This document shows, piece after piece, positions 32,720 to 41,688 of a DNA stretch of 64,000 bases. Source of the DNA: a virus. Both the position numbers and the translations under genes were made by a program. Position 1 is the stretch's first letter, and every line of letters starts with the position of its first letter. Where the stretch lies: the IMG/VR virus record IMGVR_UViG_3300009079_000013, one strand, 5' to 3'. The notes below the pieces were generated by a model. The model did not search any database. It was not told the origin of the DNA and saw nothing but the letters and a program-made list of their open reading frames with translations.

Positions 32720-32923
32720 ATGAAAAACAGAATTATTAGTATCTCAAAAAATATATTAGGTATGTTAGTTTTATGGTTCATCACGTCTCTAATAGGATAT
32801 GGTACATATTACGTAACATTTGATGAAAAAATACTTAGTTATGGTAATTTCTTAGGAATATATGCTATTCTTTTACAGATAGTTATTATAATTATGGTAA
32901 GCATGAAGAACGATGACAAATAA
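32720..32923 (+). CDS. Small 2-TM membrane protein
   Basis: Two hydrophobic segments. Confidence 0.6.
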   Translation: MKNRIISISKNILGMLVLWFITSLIGYGTYYVTFDEKILSYGNFLGIYAILLQIVIIIMVSMKNDDK

Positions 32924-33335
32924 AGAAAAACAATACCATATAACATACTTGAAAATGGCGTTGGTTTGGTCAACTCTATCTAAAAGTAAGCGTAAAAAAG
33001 TTGGCGCTTTGGTTGTTAAAGGAAATACTATCATATCCGATGGATTCAATGGAACTCCTACGGGTTTTCCAAATGATTGTGAAGATATTGATGGAAATAC
33101 TCATTGGTATGTTTTACATGCAGAAGCAAATGCCATTTTAAAAACAGCAAGGTCTACTCAGGACATAAGCGGATCTACTTTATACGTAACCCTATCTCCA
33201 TGTAGAGATTGTTCTAAGTTAATAATACAATCAGGTATTAAAAGAGTGATATACATAGAAGATTATAGGGATTTAGATGGAATTAAAATACTTAAATCAT
33301 CAGGTGTTGATGTACTAAAAATAAGCGATTTATAG
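32913..33335 (+). CDS. dCMP deaminase
   Basis: HAEANAI, SPCRDC and GFNGTP. Confidence 0.93.
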   Translation: MTNKEKQYHITYLKMALVWSTLSKSKRKKVGALVVKGNTIISDGFNGTPTGFPNDCEDIDGNTHWYVLHAEANAILKTARSTQDISGSTLYVTLSPCRDCSKLIIQSGIKRVIYIEDYRDLDGIKILKSSGVDVLKISDL

Positions 33336-33337
33336 AA

Positions 33338-33739
33338 ATGGAAAACACAAGAACGTTAGATGTAGTATTTATAAGAGAGTTTAAGTTTTTTATAAAAAAG
33401 TACAATAAAAAACAAAAAGAAGATTATCTTTTAAATGTAAATAAAATCATAAAAGATAAATTTAATACTAAGTTCTTAGTTCCAAATCCCGTTCAATCTT
33501 TTTTACTAAACTATGAAATAAAAAAGTTATTAGATAAAGCTATTAATATCAAGAACCAAAAATATAATAGGATAGTGTTCTTAAATTCTACTATAACATT
33601 TGGAGGAATTCAAAATACTATTGAATTTTTAGATAAAGAATACTTGAATGTTAAATTTAATTACATAATGATAGATCCTAAAAAAGATTTTGATGAAAGC
33701 TTGTTTGATAAATCTAAATTAACATTTTTAAGTTACTGA
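33338..33739 (+). CDS. Hypothetical protein
   Basis: 133-aa operonic ORF. Confidence 0.6.
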   Translation: MENTRTLDVVFIREFKFFIKKYNKKQKEDYLLNVNKIIKDKFNTKFLVPNPVQSFLLNYEIKKLLDKAINIKNQKYNRIVFLNSTITFGGIQNTIEFLDKEYLNVKFNYIMIDPKKDFDESLFDKSKLTFLSY

Positions 33740-34683
33740 CCGCATCCAGGACCTTCACTATAACAATCAGGACCTTCTCCGTATTTTGCTATTATTTCTC
33801 CTAAATCTTCCATTTTATTCTTTGGATTAGGGTTGTTTCTTCTTCTTGGCGGATTTTCTGGACCTTCTTCTACATCTGGAATAACTTCTATTTCTTCTTC
33901 TGTATCTGGTTCAGCTGTTTCTAAGTCTCCAATTACGTCAATTGCTAATATAGCTTCTGCCTGTTCTCTGGATATTCCCATATAATCCATTAAGTCTTGA
34001 ACTGCTCCTTCTAATGACATATCATTTTTAGGATTAGGATTAATTCTTCTTCTCGGTGGATTTTCTGGACCTTCTCCGGGAATAACTTCTGGTTCTTCTG
34101 TTTCTATTTCAGGCTCTTCTGTTTCTGGATATGCCATATCAAAGTAATTCTCTGATATTGAATTAAACTCCTTAAAGCTATTACATTTACCTTCAGACAT
34201 TGCTTCTTTTCTAGCTTTTTGTAATTTTTCTAAAGCTGCGTTTTCTTCTTTAATTACTTTCTCAACATTACTATTAATGTCTACTGATTTTTTAATAGAT
34301 CCTTCTAAATCTTTAGATTCCGATATAAACTCATTAAAACTAGGTAAAGTTGATTCATTAGTGTCATCCCATTCTCCTACTTCAACTGTTGCTACGCCAG
34401 TTATATATGGATCAGGATATGTAACCGGTTTCTCTCCTTCTTGTTTATATACAAGGTCATGACTCATAGCTTTATATGTAGAGTTATAATGAGGATTCTT
34501 AAAAAGAGGATCCCTTTTTACAACTCTTCTGTAATCTTTAAGTTTATCCGATTCAGATGTTTTTTTACCATTAGCATTTTTATCATATATTAATGAATCG
34601 TTTCCACCAAATCCTGGTTTTTTAAGATCCATATATTGATCAAAATTATAAACATCTCTTCTATGTACGTCAAATATATCCAT
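33733..34683 (-). CDS. Acidic repeat-containing late protein (candidate head/internal protein)
   Basis: Co-oriented with the tail tube gene. Duplicated EGPENPPRRRxNPNPKN and internal F-x-E-F-x-x-E-S motifs. Confidence 0.6.
   Translation of the reverse strand: MDIFDVHRRDVYNFDQYMDLKKPGFGGNDSLIYDKNANGKKTSESDKLKDYRRVVKRDPLFKNPHYNSTYKAMSHDLVYKQEGEKPVTYPDPYITGVATVEVGEWDDTNESTLPSFNEFISESKDLEGSIKKSVDINSNVEKVIKEENAALEKLQKARKEAMSEGKCNSFKEFNSISENYFDMAYPETEEPEIETEEPEVIPGEGPENPPRRRINPNPKNDMSLEGAVQDLMDYMGISREQAEAILAIDVIGDLETAEPDTEEEIEVIPDVEEGPENPPRRRNNPNPKNKMEDLGEIIAKYGEGPDCYSEGPGCGQ
33824..34074. repeat. Imperfect 44-bp direct repeat (33824-33867 and 34031-34074)
   Basis: GGATTAGG...TTCTTCTTCT..GG.GGATTTTCTGGACCTTC occurs twice. 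Confidence 0.75.
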
Positions 34684-34701
34684 TTTTAATAATAAGTTTT
34701 T

Positions 34702-35274
34702 CTATACTGTAATTGCTCCTATTCTAGATTCTCTAAAAGAATCGCATTGGAAATTAGCACTTAATTTATACAAGCCGTCTGATTTGTATTCTAAATCCAT
34801 TACAGTAAGTGGATTGTACAAAAACGCTGGGCTAAAATTAAATTCTCTAAATATTTCTTGAGCTTTATTAAAGATAACCACTTTAATAGATCCAATATAA
34901 TCTTTTTTAAGTCCTTGTCTTCCATTAAGAGGATCAAATGTTAAATCTCCCCATGCTCTCATCATGTTATATACATACGCATCATTCTCATCGTTCAAAT
35001 TGACTTCAAAATCAATTTTAAGTTGTGCATCCGTTGCTTTAGGTTGACCTGCTGCAAACGTACGTTTAGCGAATTTATAGAACTGCTCTACGGTACCAAC
35101 ACCTGTTAGTTCAGGAAGTCCTGTTATTTTAGTAACATGTTCAACTAGTAATCCATCATTAGTTCCTTGTATAGAACTTGGTAAGTTAATGATTACTTCG
35201 AACTGATTTAAAAATATAGGTTCGTAATAATTAGTAGCTGCTGTGGAATTATCAAAATGTGGTAAGCCTGCCAT
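34702..35274 (-). CDS. Tail tube protein (gp19-like)
   Basis: YEPIFLNQFEV, FEVNLN, W.DL.FDPLNG.QGLKKDY. ATAAATA at 35297-35303. Confidence 0.8.
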   Translation of the reverse strand: MAGLPHFDNSTAATNYYEPIFLNQFEVIINLPSSIQGTNDGLLVEHVTKITGLPELTGVGTVEQFYKFAKRTFAAGQPKATDAQLKIDFEVNLNDENDAYVYNMMRAWGDLTFDPLNGRQGLKKDYIGSIKVVIFNKAQEIFREFNFSPAFLYNPLTVMDLEYKSDGLYKLSANFQCDSFRESRIGAITV

Positions 35275-35309
35275 AATTGTGTAAATTATTTTATTTTATT
35301 TATCTTTTT

Positions 35310-36128
35310 TTACTCAAGGTTTTTTTTCATTTCAATAGTGTCCTTGTCAATTTTACCATTGGATGTTAGTTTATCTAATTGCGAAGTTAACAGCTCTTGA
35401 GAAGCGTCTTCGTCACCTGACCATATTTTTTGAGTTTCAACAGCATCACCTGTGAATTTTAATATTAAAGACGGTAGAACCAATTCAACAAGTGAATTTT
35501 CTACTTTTTTATCTACTCTATCATATTCCTTGATATTAGATATATTAATAGGAGTAGAACTGTCTATCTTAATATTTGCACCATTACCTGAAACGTTTAA
35601 TCTAACGTTATTCCAGTTATTTACAGTTTGATTTTCTAAAGTATCTACCATGTGAGTAGAAGCTTTTAGTACTATTTTAGGACTTCCTGAATCTAAAGAA
35701 GATGCAACTCCTCTAAAAACAAGCCTATTAGTCGTTATATTGACTTTAAATGAAGTTTTTTCAAAATACTTTTCAGTAGATTCTTTTATGATAGTATCAG
35801 TTATATTTTGATCTATACCAGATGACATAGAAGATATTTCCAAATCATAATCCTTAACTAATTGTTTTTTAATAAATTCAGTTAATAGATCTAGCTTTTG
35901 TTTTAATAAAACAGCTTCACTTAATATGTAGTATGTTGAAGTAGCAGTTGCTTTTTTAAAATTCAGATCTGGAAATACGTCAATTTCATGTATTTTAGTA
36001 TCGACTGTGTATTGTTCAAATTTTGTTATACCGTCTACTATATTCCAAGATATATCATGGCTTAGTATAACCTGAAAGATCACGCCTCCGTCTTTAGCAC
36101 TTACATTTTCATACTCGTAAACTTTCAT
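35310..36128 (-). CDS. Hypothetical late protein
   Basis: 272-aa ORF in the structural operon. Confidence 0.6.
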   Translation of the reverse strand: MKVYEYENVSAKDGGVIFQVILSHDISWNIVDGITKFEQYTVDTKIHEIDVFPDLNFKKATATSTYYILSEAVLLKQKLDLLTEFIKKQLVKDYDLEISSMSSGIDQNITDTIIKESTEKYFEKTSFKVNITTNRLVFRGVASSLDSGSPKIVLKASTHMVDTLENQTVNNWNNVRLNVSGNGANIKIDSSTPINISNIKEYDRVDKKVENSLVELVLPSLILKFTGDAVETQKIWSGDEDASQELLTSQLDKLTSNGKIDKDTIEMKKNLE

Positions 36129-36139
36129 TAATGGTTAAA

Positions 36140-36397
36140 TTATTTAGCTAAACTATCTCGTGTTTTAGTATAGTTTTTCCAAAGCTCATTATAGATATCA
36201 CATGATGCTCCTAAGAAATTTATAATACCTACGTATTTTCTTTTATTCTTACCATCCATCTTAGCTATTTTCTTTCCTAGTTTTTTCGCATCATTAGTGG
36301 TTAGTTCCTCATCTGGATCTTTACCTACTAGTTTTTTAAGTGCGCCTTTCTTCTCAAGAATTGCAAAGTCTTTAAAACTTAAAGCTCTTTTATTCAT
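36140..36397 (-). CDS. Small basic late protein
   Basis: N-terminal LSFKDFAILEK; Lys-rich. Confidence 0.6.
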   Translation of the reverse strand: MNKRALSFKDFAILEKKGALKKLVGKDPDEELTTNDAKKLGKKIAKMDGKNKRKYVGIINFLGASCDIYNELWKNYTKTRDSLAK

Positions 36398-36407
36398 GGT
36401 AAATGTA

Positions 36408-36641
36408 TTATTTTTTCTTTCCGTTCCCTACTACTTTCTTACTTTTAGCTTTAGCTAAAAACGCTTTAGTATATCTCTGAATAGAGTCTGTTCCTTTTCC
36501 TTCAAGTTTAGCTAAATCTTGACCTACTTTAATTCCACCTTCATCTTTTTGAGCAGTGTTACCTTTAGTGGCGTATTTAGCAGAAGCAGCGTTAGCTGCA
36601 GCCATGAATTGAGCGTGGTTCATTACAACATTCTTCTTCAT
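36408..36641 (-). CDS. Small Ala/Lys-rich late protein
   Basis: ATAAATA at 36664-36670. Composition suggests DNA binding. Confidence 0.6.
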   Translation of the reverse strand: MKKNVVMNHAQFMAAANAASAKYATKGNTAQKDEGGIKVGQDLAKLEGKGTDSIQRYTKAFLAKAKSKKVVGNGKKK

Positions 36642-36781
36642 CTTAGTGTATATTATTTTTAGTTATTTATCTATAAAACAACTGGTCTTTTTATAGACGG
36701 ATTGGATTATATACGTTATTTATTTAGTATTATATACCTATAATATAAAAACCAATCGTATTTTATTAGTAAAAAAAAAAT

Positions 36782-38653
36782 ATGAAGAAAAAAGAATTAG
36801 CTACTAAGTATCAGAAATTAACTGATATAGAGCATGTATTACATAGGCCTTATATGTATGTAGGGTCTACTAAGGCTCATACAGGAGATCAACATTTGTT
36901 CGATGGAGTAAATGTTGAACTTAAAGAAGTTGTATATAATCCAGGCTTTATTAAATTATTTGATGAAATATTATCTAATTCAATAGATGAACATAGAAGA
37001 AATAATACAATAAATGAAATAAAAGTAACCTTCGACTTAGATAATAGTAGCATTTCTGTTTGGGATAATGGTGGAATACCGGTAAAAAAACACCCTGAGC
37101 ATAAAGAATGGATACCAGAAATGATATTTTCAAATCTTAAAGCCGGTAGTAATTTTGACGATACCCAAGATAGAAATGTAGCAGGTACAAATGGCGTAGG
37201 TTCTACGTTAACTAATATATTCAGTACTAAATTTGTCATAACTACATGTGATGGCACTGATAAGTTTCAACAAGTATTTAAAAATAATATGAATACTAGA
37301 AGCAAACCTAAGATAACTAAAGCGTCTAGGGGTTTTACTGAAATTACGTATTATCCAGAGCTTTCTAGATTTAACATGGGTTCTATAGATGAAAATACTC
37401 ATCAAATACTGTATAAGAGGTGTTTAGACGCTGCTGCGTGCAATCAAAAACTAAAAATAAAAGTAACTACTTTAAAAGATGGAAGTAAATTCACGAATGA
37501 TCTAAGGTTTAAAAAATTCGAAGACTACATTCAGTTATATGTTAAAGATGCAGAGTATTTTTATGAAGAATCTGAAAACTGGAAGATAGGCTTTGCAAAA
37601 TCTAAAGATGGCTTTAATAATGTGAGTTTTGTTAACTCAGTTCACACAAAAGACGGTGGAAATCACGTAGATTATATATCAGATCAATTAATATCTTATT
37701 TACGTGAAATGATTCACAAAAAATATAAAGTTGCAGTTAAACCTAATGATATTAGGAACCATTTATATGTATTTATAGATAGTACTATCATTAATCCAGC
37801 TTTTTCATCACAAACCAAAGAAAAACTAATAACTGAAAAGAAATACTTTAAAACTTCACATGAAGTAAGTGAAAAAATAGCAAAACAGGTTTTTAAATCA
37901 GAAATAATACAATCCGTTTTAGATTGGGTAGAAAGAAAAAAATTAGCAGAAGAAAGGGCTGAGCTTAGAAAACTAAATAAAAACCTAAGTAGCTCTAAGG
38001 TTTTAAAACTAATAGATGCTAAGAAAAAAGGCAATAGAAACAGTTGTATATTAGGTATATATGAAGGATTATCTGCACTCAGCGCCGTTAGGAAATTTAG
38101 AGACTCTCAAACAATAGGAGCTTTTCCACTTAAAGGAAAATTTTTAAATGTTAGTGAATTGCCTAACTCAAAAGTAATTCAAAACGATGAGGTTAAAGAT
38201 TTAATGGCTGCATTGGGTTTAAAACTAGGAGAGGAGCCCACTGCTCTTAGATATGGTAAAATATACATATATACCGATGCAGATCCTGATGGAGATTCTA
38301 TAGCTTCTCTTTTGATAAATTTCTTTAATAAATATTGGCCAGAATTGTTTGAAAAAGGAGTTATTCATAAAGTAATGACACCTATTGTAGTTGCAAAAAG
38401 AGCAAATAAGGTTTTAGAATTCTACTCAGATGAAGAGTATAAAAAATGGTCAACTAAAGAAAAATCGTTAGGTAAATGGAATATAGAATACAAAAAAGGT
38501 TTAGCATCACTAGAAGATACTGAATATGAAGAGATAATAAAGAATCCAAGGGTTATTAAAATAATAAACGATAAAAACTACAAAGAAAGTCTAGATACTT
38601 GGTTTGGAAAAGATTCAAGTCCTAGAAAAGTTAAAATTTTAAATATAAATTAA
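36782..38653 (+). CDS. Type II DNA topoisomerase large subunit (gp39+gp60 equivalent, ATPase plus TOPRIM)
   Basis: HVLHRPYMYVGS, EILSNSIDE, GTNGVG, YEGLSA, PLKGK, DADPDG and KKGLAS. Confidence 0.95.
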   Translation: MKKKELATKYQKLTDIEHVLHRPYMYVGSTKAHTGDQHLFDGVNVELKEVVYNPGFIKLFDEILSNSIDEHRRNNTINEIKVTFDLDNSSISVWDNGGIPVKKHPEHKEWIPEMIFSNLKAGSNFDDTQDRNVAGTNGVGSTLTNIFSTKFVITTCDGTDKFQQVFKNNMNTRSKPKITKASRGFTEITYYPELSRFNMGSIDENTHQILYKRCLDAAACNQKLKIKVTTLKDGSKFTNDLRFKKFEDYIQLYVKDAEYFYEESENWKIGFAKSKDGFNNVSFVNSVHTKDGGNHVDYISDQLISYLREMIHKKYKVAVKPNDIRNHLYVFIDSTIINPAFSSQTKEKLITEKKYFKTSHEVSEKIAKQVFKSEIIQSVLDWVERKKLAEERAELRKLNKNLSSSKVLKLIDAKKKGNRNSCILGIYEGLSALSAVRKFRDSQTIGAFPLKGKFLNVSELPNSKVIQNDEVKDLMAALGLKLGEEPTALRYGKIYIYTDADPDGDSIASLLINFFNKYWPELFEKGVIHKVMTPIVVAKRANKVLEFYSDEEYKKWSTKEKSLGKWNIEYKKGLASLEDTEYEEIIKNPRVIKIINDKNYKESLDTWFGKDSSPRKVKILNIN

Positions 38654-38654
38654 T

Positions 38655-38822
38655 ATGAATAAACAAGAAAAAAAACAAGATTTTAAGGAAATAGTGGAAT
38701 TATTAATATGGTCCTATAAACAAGGGTATATGCACGCTGGAGCCGTTTTAAAAGACACTATTCCCGATGATAAAAAATTAGCAGAAATGTTTGAAAAAGC
38801 ATTGGCGGAAAAAGAAAAATAA
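38655..38822 (+). CDS. Small hypothetical protein (55 aa; not in the ORF track)
   Basis: MNKQEKKQDFKEIVELLIWSY...; its stop overlaps the gp52 start. Confidence 0.55.
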   Translation: MNKQEKKQDFKEIVELLIWSYKQGYMHAGAVLKDTIPDDKKLAEMFEKALAEKEK

Positions 38823-40171
38823 TGGAAAAAACAGTAACTGAATACTTAGATCAAGATTACGGAAATTATGCAAAGTATGTAATTGAGCATAGGGCTATTC
38901 CATCTGTTATAGATGGATTTAAACCAACTCAACGTAAAGTCATACATATAGCTTCCAAAGTATGGAAGGGTTCTAATAATAAACCTTTAAAGATATTTCA
39001 ATTAGGTGGAAAAGTTGCTTCTGATGCAAATTATCATCATGGAGATGCTTCTCTTTCATCTGCTATAGTTGGAATGGCACAGAGTTTTAAAAATTCAATG
39101 CCTCTATTAGATGAAATAGGGCAGTTTGGATCACTGAGGTCACCTGAAGCAGGTGCTCCTAGGTATATTTCAACTAAACTAAATGAAAACTTTAAATTAT
39201 TATATAAAGACTTTGAATTACTTGATTCTAGATACGAAGAAGGAATAGAAATAGAACCAAGTTTTTTTTTACCTATAATTCCAACAGTTTTATTGAATGG
39301 AGGATCCGGAATAGCAGTCGGTTTTGCTACAAATATATTAAATAGAAATCCAATAGATCTTATAGATTCATGCATAAAAGAATTGTCTAATAAAAAATAT
39401 ACTGAGCCTAAACCATGGTATAGGGGTTTTACAGGAAGCTGTGAAAGAGATGAAATTAATTCTTCTACTTGGATATTAAAAGGTACTTATGAGATTAAAA
39501 ACACGTCTACTGTACATATATCTGAACTTCCTCCTTCGGTTACTTATGAAAAATACGACAAATATTTAATAAGTAAGGAAGAATCTAAAGAAATATCTAC
39601 ATATGACGATAATTCAAAGTCTAATATAAACTATACTTTAAAGTTCAAAAGAGCAGATCTAGATAAATTAGTTAAAACTAAAAGGTTAAATAGATTCTTA
39701 AAAATAGAAGAGAGACAGTCTGAGAATTTAACAATGTTAGATGAAAATGGTAAACTTAAGATTTTCGATAATGTAAAAGATATTATTAAATATTTTATAA
39801 ATTTTAGATTAAGTTATTATGACAAAAGAAAGGATTATTTAATAAAAACACTAAAAGAACAACTAACAGTTCTTTCAAATAAAGCAAGATTTATAAAAGA
39901 CATTATTGATGGTAAACTTATTGTAAACAATGCTCCTAAAAAATCCATTATAATTTATTTAGAAGCAAATAATTTTGATAAGACTGATGGTTTTTATAAT
40001 TATCTATTATCTATGCAAATATACACACTTACTAAAGAAAAGTATGAAGAACTTCTTTCTCAAGAAATAGAATTAGAAAAAGAGCTAGATATAGTTAAAT
40101 CTACACTACCTATTGATATGTATAAAAAAGATTTAGGTGACTTAAAAAAAGTAATAATAAAAAACCAATAG
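38822..40171 (+). CDS. Type II DNA topoisomerase medium subunit (gp52 / GyrA-like)
   Basis: RAIPSVIDGFKPTQRK, YHHGDAS, APRYI and GIAVGFAT. Confidence 0.95.
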   Translation: MEKTVTEYLDQDYGNYAKYVIEHRAIPSVIDGFKPTQRKVIHIASKVWKGSNNKPLKIFQLGGKVASDANYHHGDASLSSAIVGMAQSFKNSMPLLDEIGQFGSLRSPEAGAPRYISTKLNENFKLLYKDFELLDSRYEEGIEIEPSFFLPIIPTVLLNGGSGIAVGFATNILNRNPIDLIDSCIKELSNKKYTEPKPWYRGFTGSCERDEINSSTWILKGTYEIKNTSTVHISELPPSVTYEKYDKYLISKEESKEISTYDDNSKSNINYTLKFKRADLDKLVKTKRLNRFLKIEERQSENLTMLDENGKLKIFDNVKDIIKYFINFRLSYYDKRKDYLIKTLKEQLTVLSNKARFIKDIIDGKLIVNNAPKKSIIIYLEANNFDKTDGFYNYLLSMQIYTLTKEKYEELLSQEIELEKELDIVKSTLPIDMYKKDLGDLKKVIIKNQ

Positions 40172-40175
40172 TAAC

Positions 40176-40322
40176 ATGAAAGAGTTTGGAAAAATGAAAA
40201 TATCAGAAGCAATGCCATATTTAAAATCAGTAGCTAAAGTTTACAATTTAAAATTGAATAAGCTTAACGAATTCAAAATGGCAAAGACTATATTAGCCAA
40301 TTTATATTGTAATAACTTTTAA
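40176..40322 (+). CDS. Small hypothetical protein (48 aa)
   Basis: MKEFGKMKISEAMPYL...; fills the gap between two genes. Confidence 0.45.
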   Translation: MKEFGKMKISEAMPYLKSVAKVYNLKLNKLNEFKMAKTILANLYCNNF

Positions 40323-40346
40323 TTAAAATTTTAGTATAATAATTGC

Positions 40347-40739
40347 ATGAAAGAATTATTTTTACTTAGAGGTATTCCTGGATCTGGAAAATCAACAGTT
40401 GCTAGATCTATCGGAGGAACACACTTAGAATCCGATATGTATTTTATAGATTCAATCACCGGAGATTATACTTTTAATCCAAATAAATTAAAAGAGGCAC
40501 ATGAATGGTGTCAAGGATCGGTATTATCCTTTATGATTGCAGGAGAATCCAAAATAGTTGTTTCAAATACGTTTACTCAAGAGTGGGAAATGAATCCATA
40601 CTATAAAATAGCAAAAGATAATAACTACATTGTGCATTCGTTAGTAGTTGAGAATAGACATAATGGAGTAGACACACATAATGTCCCAAAAGAAGTGCTA
40701 TATAACATGCAAGAAAGATTTGAAATAAAATTAAAATAA
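40347..40739 (+). CDS. P-loop kinase (AAA_33 / PNK-like)
   Basis: LRGIPGSGKST, VSNTF and HNVP. Confidence 0.8.
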   Translation: MKELFLLRGIPGSGKSTVARSIGGTHLESDMYFIDSITGDYTFNPNKLKEAHEWCQGSVLSFMIAGESKIVVSNTFTQEWEMNPYYKIAKDNNYIVHSLVVENRHNGVDTHNVPKEVLYNMQERFEIKLK

Positions 40740-40740
40740 T

Positions 40741-41154
40741 ATGAAAATAGGCATTACATGTTCAACATTTGACCTTTTACATGCAGGTCATATTAAAATG
40801 CTAGAGGAAGCTAGAAGTCAATGCGACTATTTGATATGTGCACTTCAAACTGATCCAACAATTGACAGGCCTGATACTAAAAATAAGCCTATACAATCTT
40901 TAGTTGAAAGATTTATTCAATTAGAAGGTTGTGTTTATGTAGATAAAATTTTACCTTATCAAACTGAAAAAGATCTAATTGATATCTTTAGTTCATTTGA
41001 ACTTAATGTAAGGATTATAGGTGGCGAATATTTCGGTAAGGAATTTACTGCAAAAGATATTTGTAAAAAAAGAAATATAAATATATATTATAATAAAAGA
41101 GACCACGGTTTTTCTACCACTGAATTAAGAAAAAGAATTAAAAATAATCCCTAG
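40741..41154 (+). CDS. Cytidylyltransferase (TagD-like)
   Basis: TFDLLHAGH and RDHGFSTT. Confidence 0.85.
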   Translation: MKIGITCSTFDLLHAGHIKMLEEARSQCDYLICALQTDPTIDRPDTKNKPIQSLVERFIQLEGCVYVDKILPYQTEKDLIDIFSSFELNVRIIGGEYFGKEFTAKDICKKRNINIYYNKRDHGFSTTELRKRIKNNP

Positions 41155-41157
41155 TTA

Positions 41158-41334
41158 ATGCTAGATGAAAACCAAGTCGCTAAAGAAAAAATGCTTTTAG
41201 CAAAATTATATGAATGTCAAGACCTAATGGAACATCTATTAAATGAAGGCACCGCAGATAAACACTACTTTCTTATTGAAATACTTATAAAGCGTTTAGA
41301 ACTACACCTACAACATAATCATGATTTAATGTAA
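41158..41334 (+). CDS. Small hypothetical protein (58 aa)
   Basis: MLDENQVAKEKMLLAKL...; tightly packed between neighbours. Confidence 0.5.
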   Translation: MLDENQVAKEKMLLAKLYECQDLMEHLLNEGTADKHYFLIEILIKRLELHLQHNHDLM

Positions 41335-41336
41335 AT

Positions 41337-41687
41337 ATGAATAATATCACATCTCTACTTTACGGTATATTTTTCTTTGTACTCGGTCATATAGCTGTTT
41401 TTATACAAATAAACGGTCAATTCAAATGGAGTTGGTTTCAAAAAAATGAATTGATATTAGCTTTATTTGGTGTTCCTATTTCGTTTCTTTATATATGGGG
41501 AACTAAGCACACAGTGACTGCAATGGATGGAGTACTATGGCCAACTAGATTCATTGGATTTGGAATAGGTATGGTAGTTTATGCGATAATGGTAAATTAC
41601 TTTTTTAATGAAGCATTCACTTTAAAAATATTCGTATCGCTATTATTGTCAATAGCTCTTATTTCAATTAATGTTTTTTGGAAGTAG
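41337..41687 (+). CDS. 4-TM small membrane protein (SMR/DMT-like size and topology)
   Basis: Four hydrophobic helices in 116 aa. Confidence 0.6.
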   Translation: MNNITSLLYGIFFFVLGHIAVFIQINGQFKWSWFQKNELILALFGVPISFLYIWGTKHTVTAMDGVLWPTRFIGFGIGMVVYAIMVNYFFNEAFTLKIFVSLLLSIALISINVFWK

Positions 41688-41688
41688 T

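Noticed and set aside
32720-32923. Holin call for the 2-TM protein
   Set aside because: There is no adjacent endolysin, and it sits in a nucleotide-metabolism operon.
36782-38653. T4 gene 60-type translational bypass in the topoisomerase
   Set aside because: The ATPase and TOPRIM domains are in one uninterrupted ORF.
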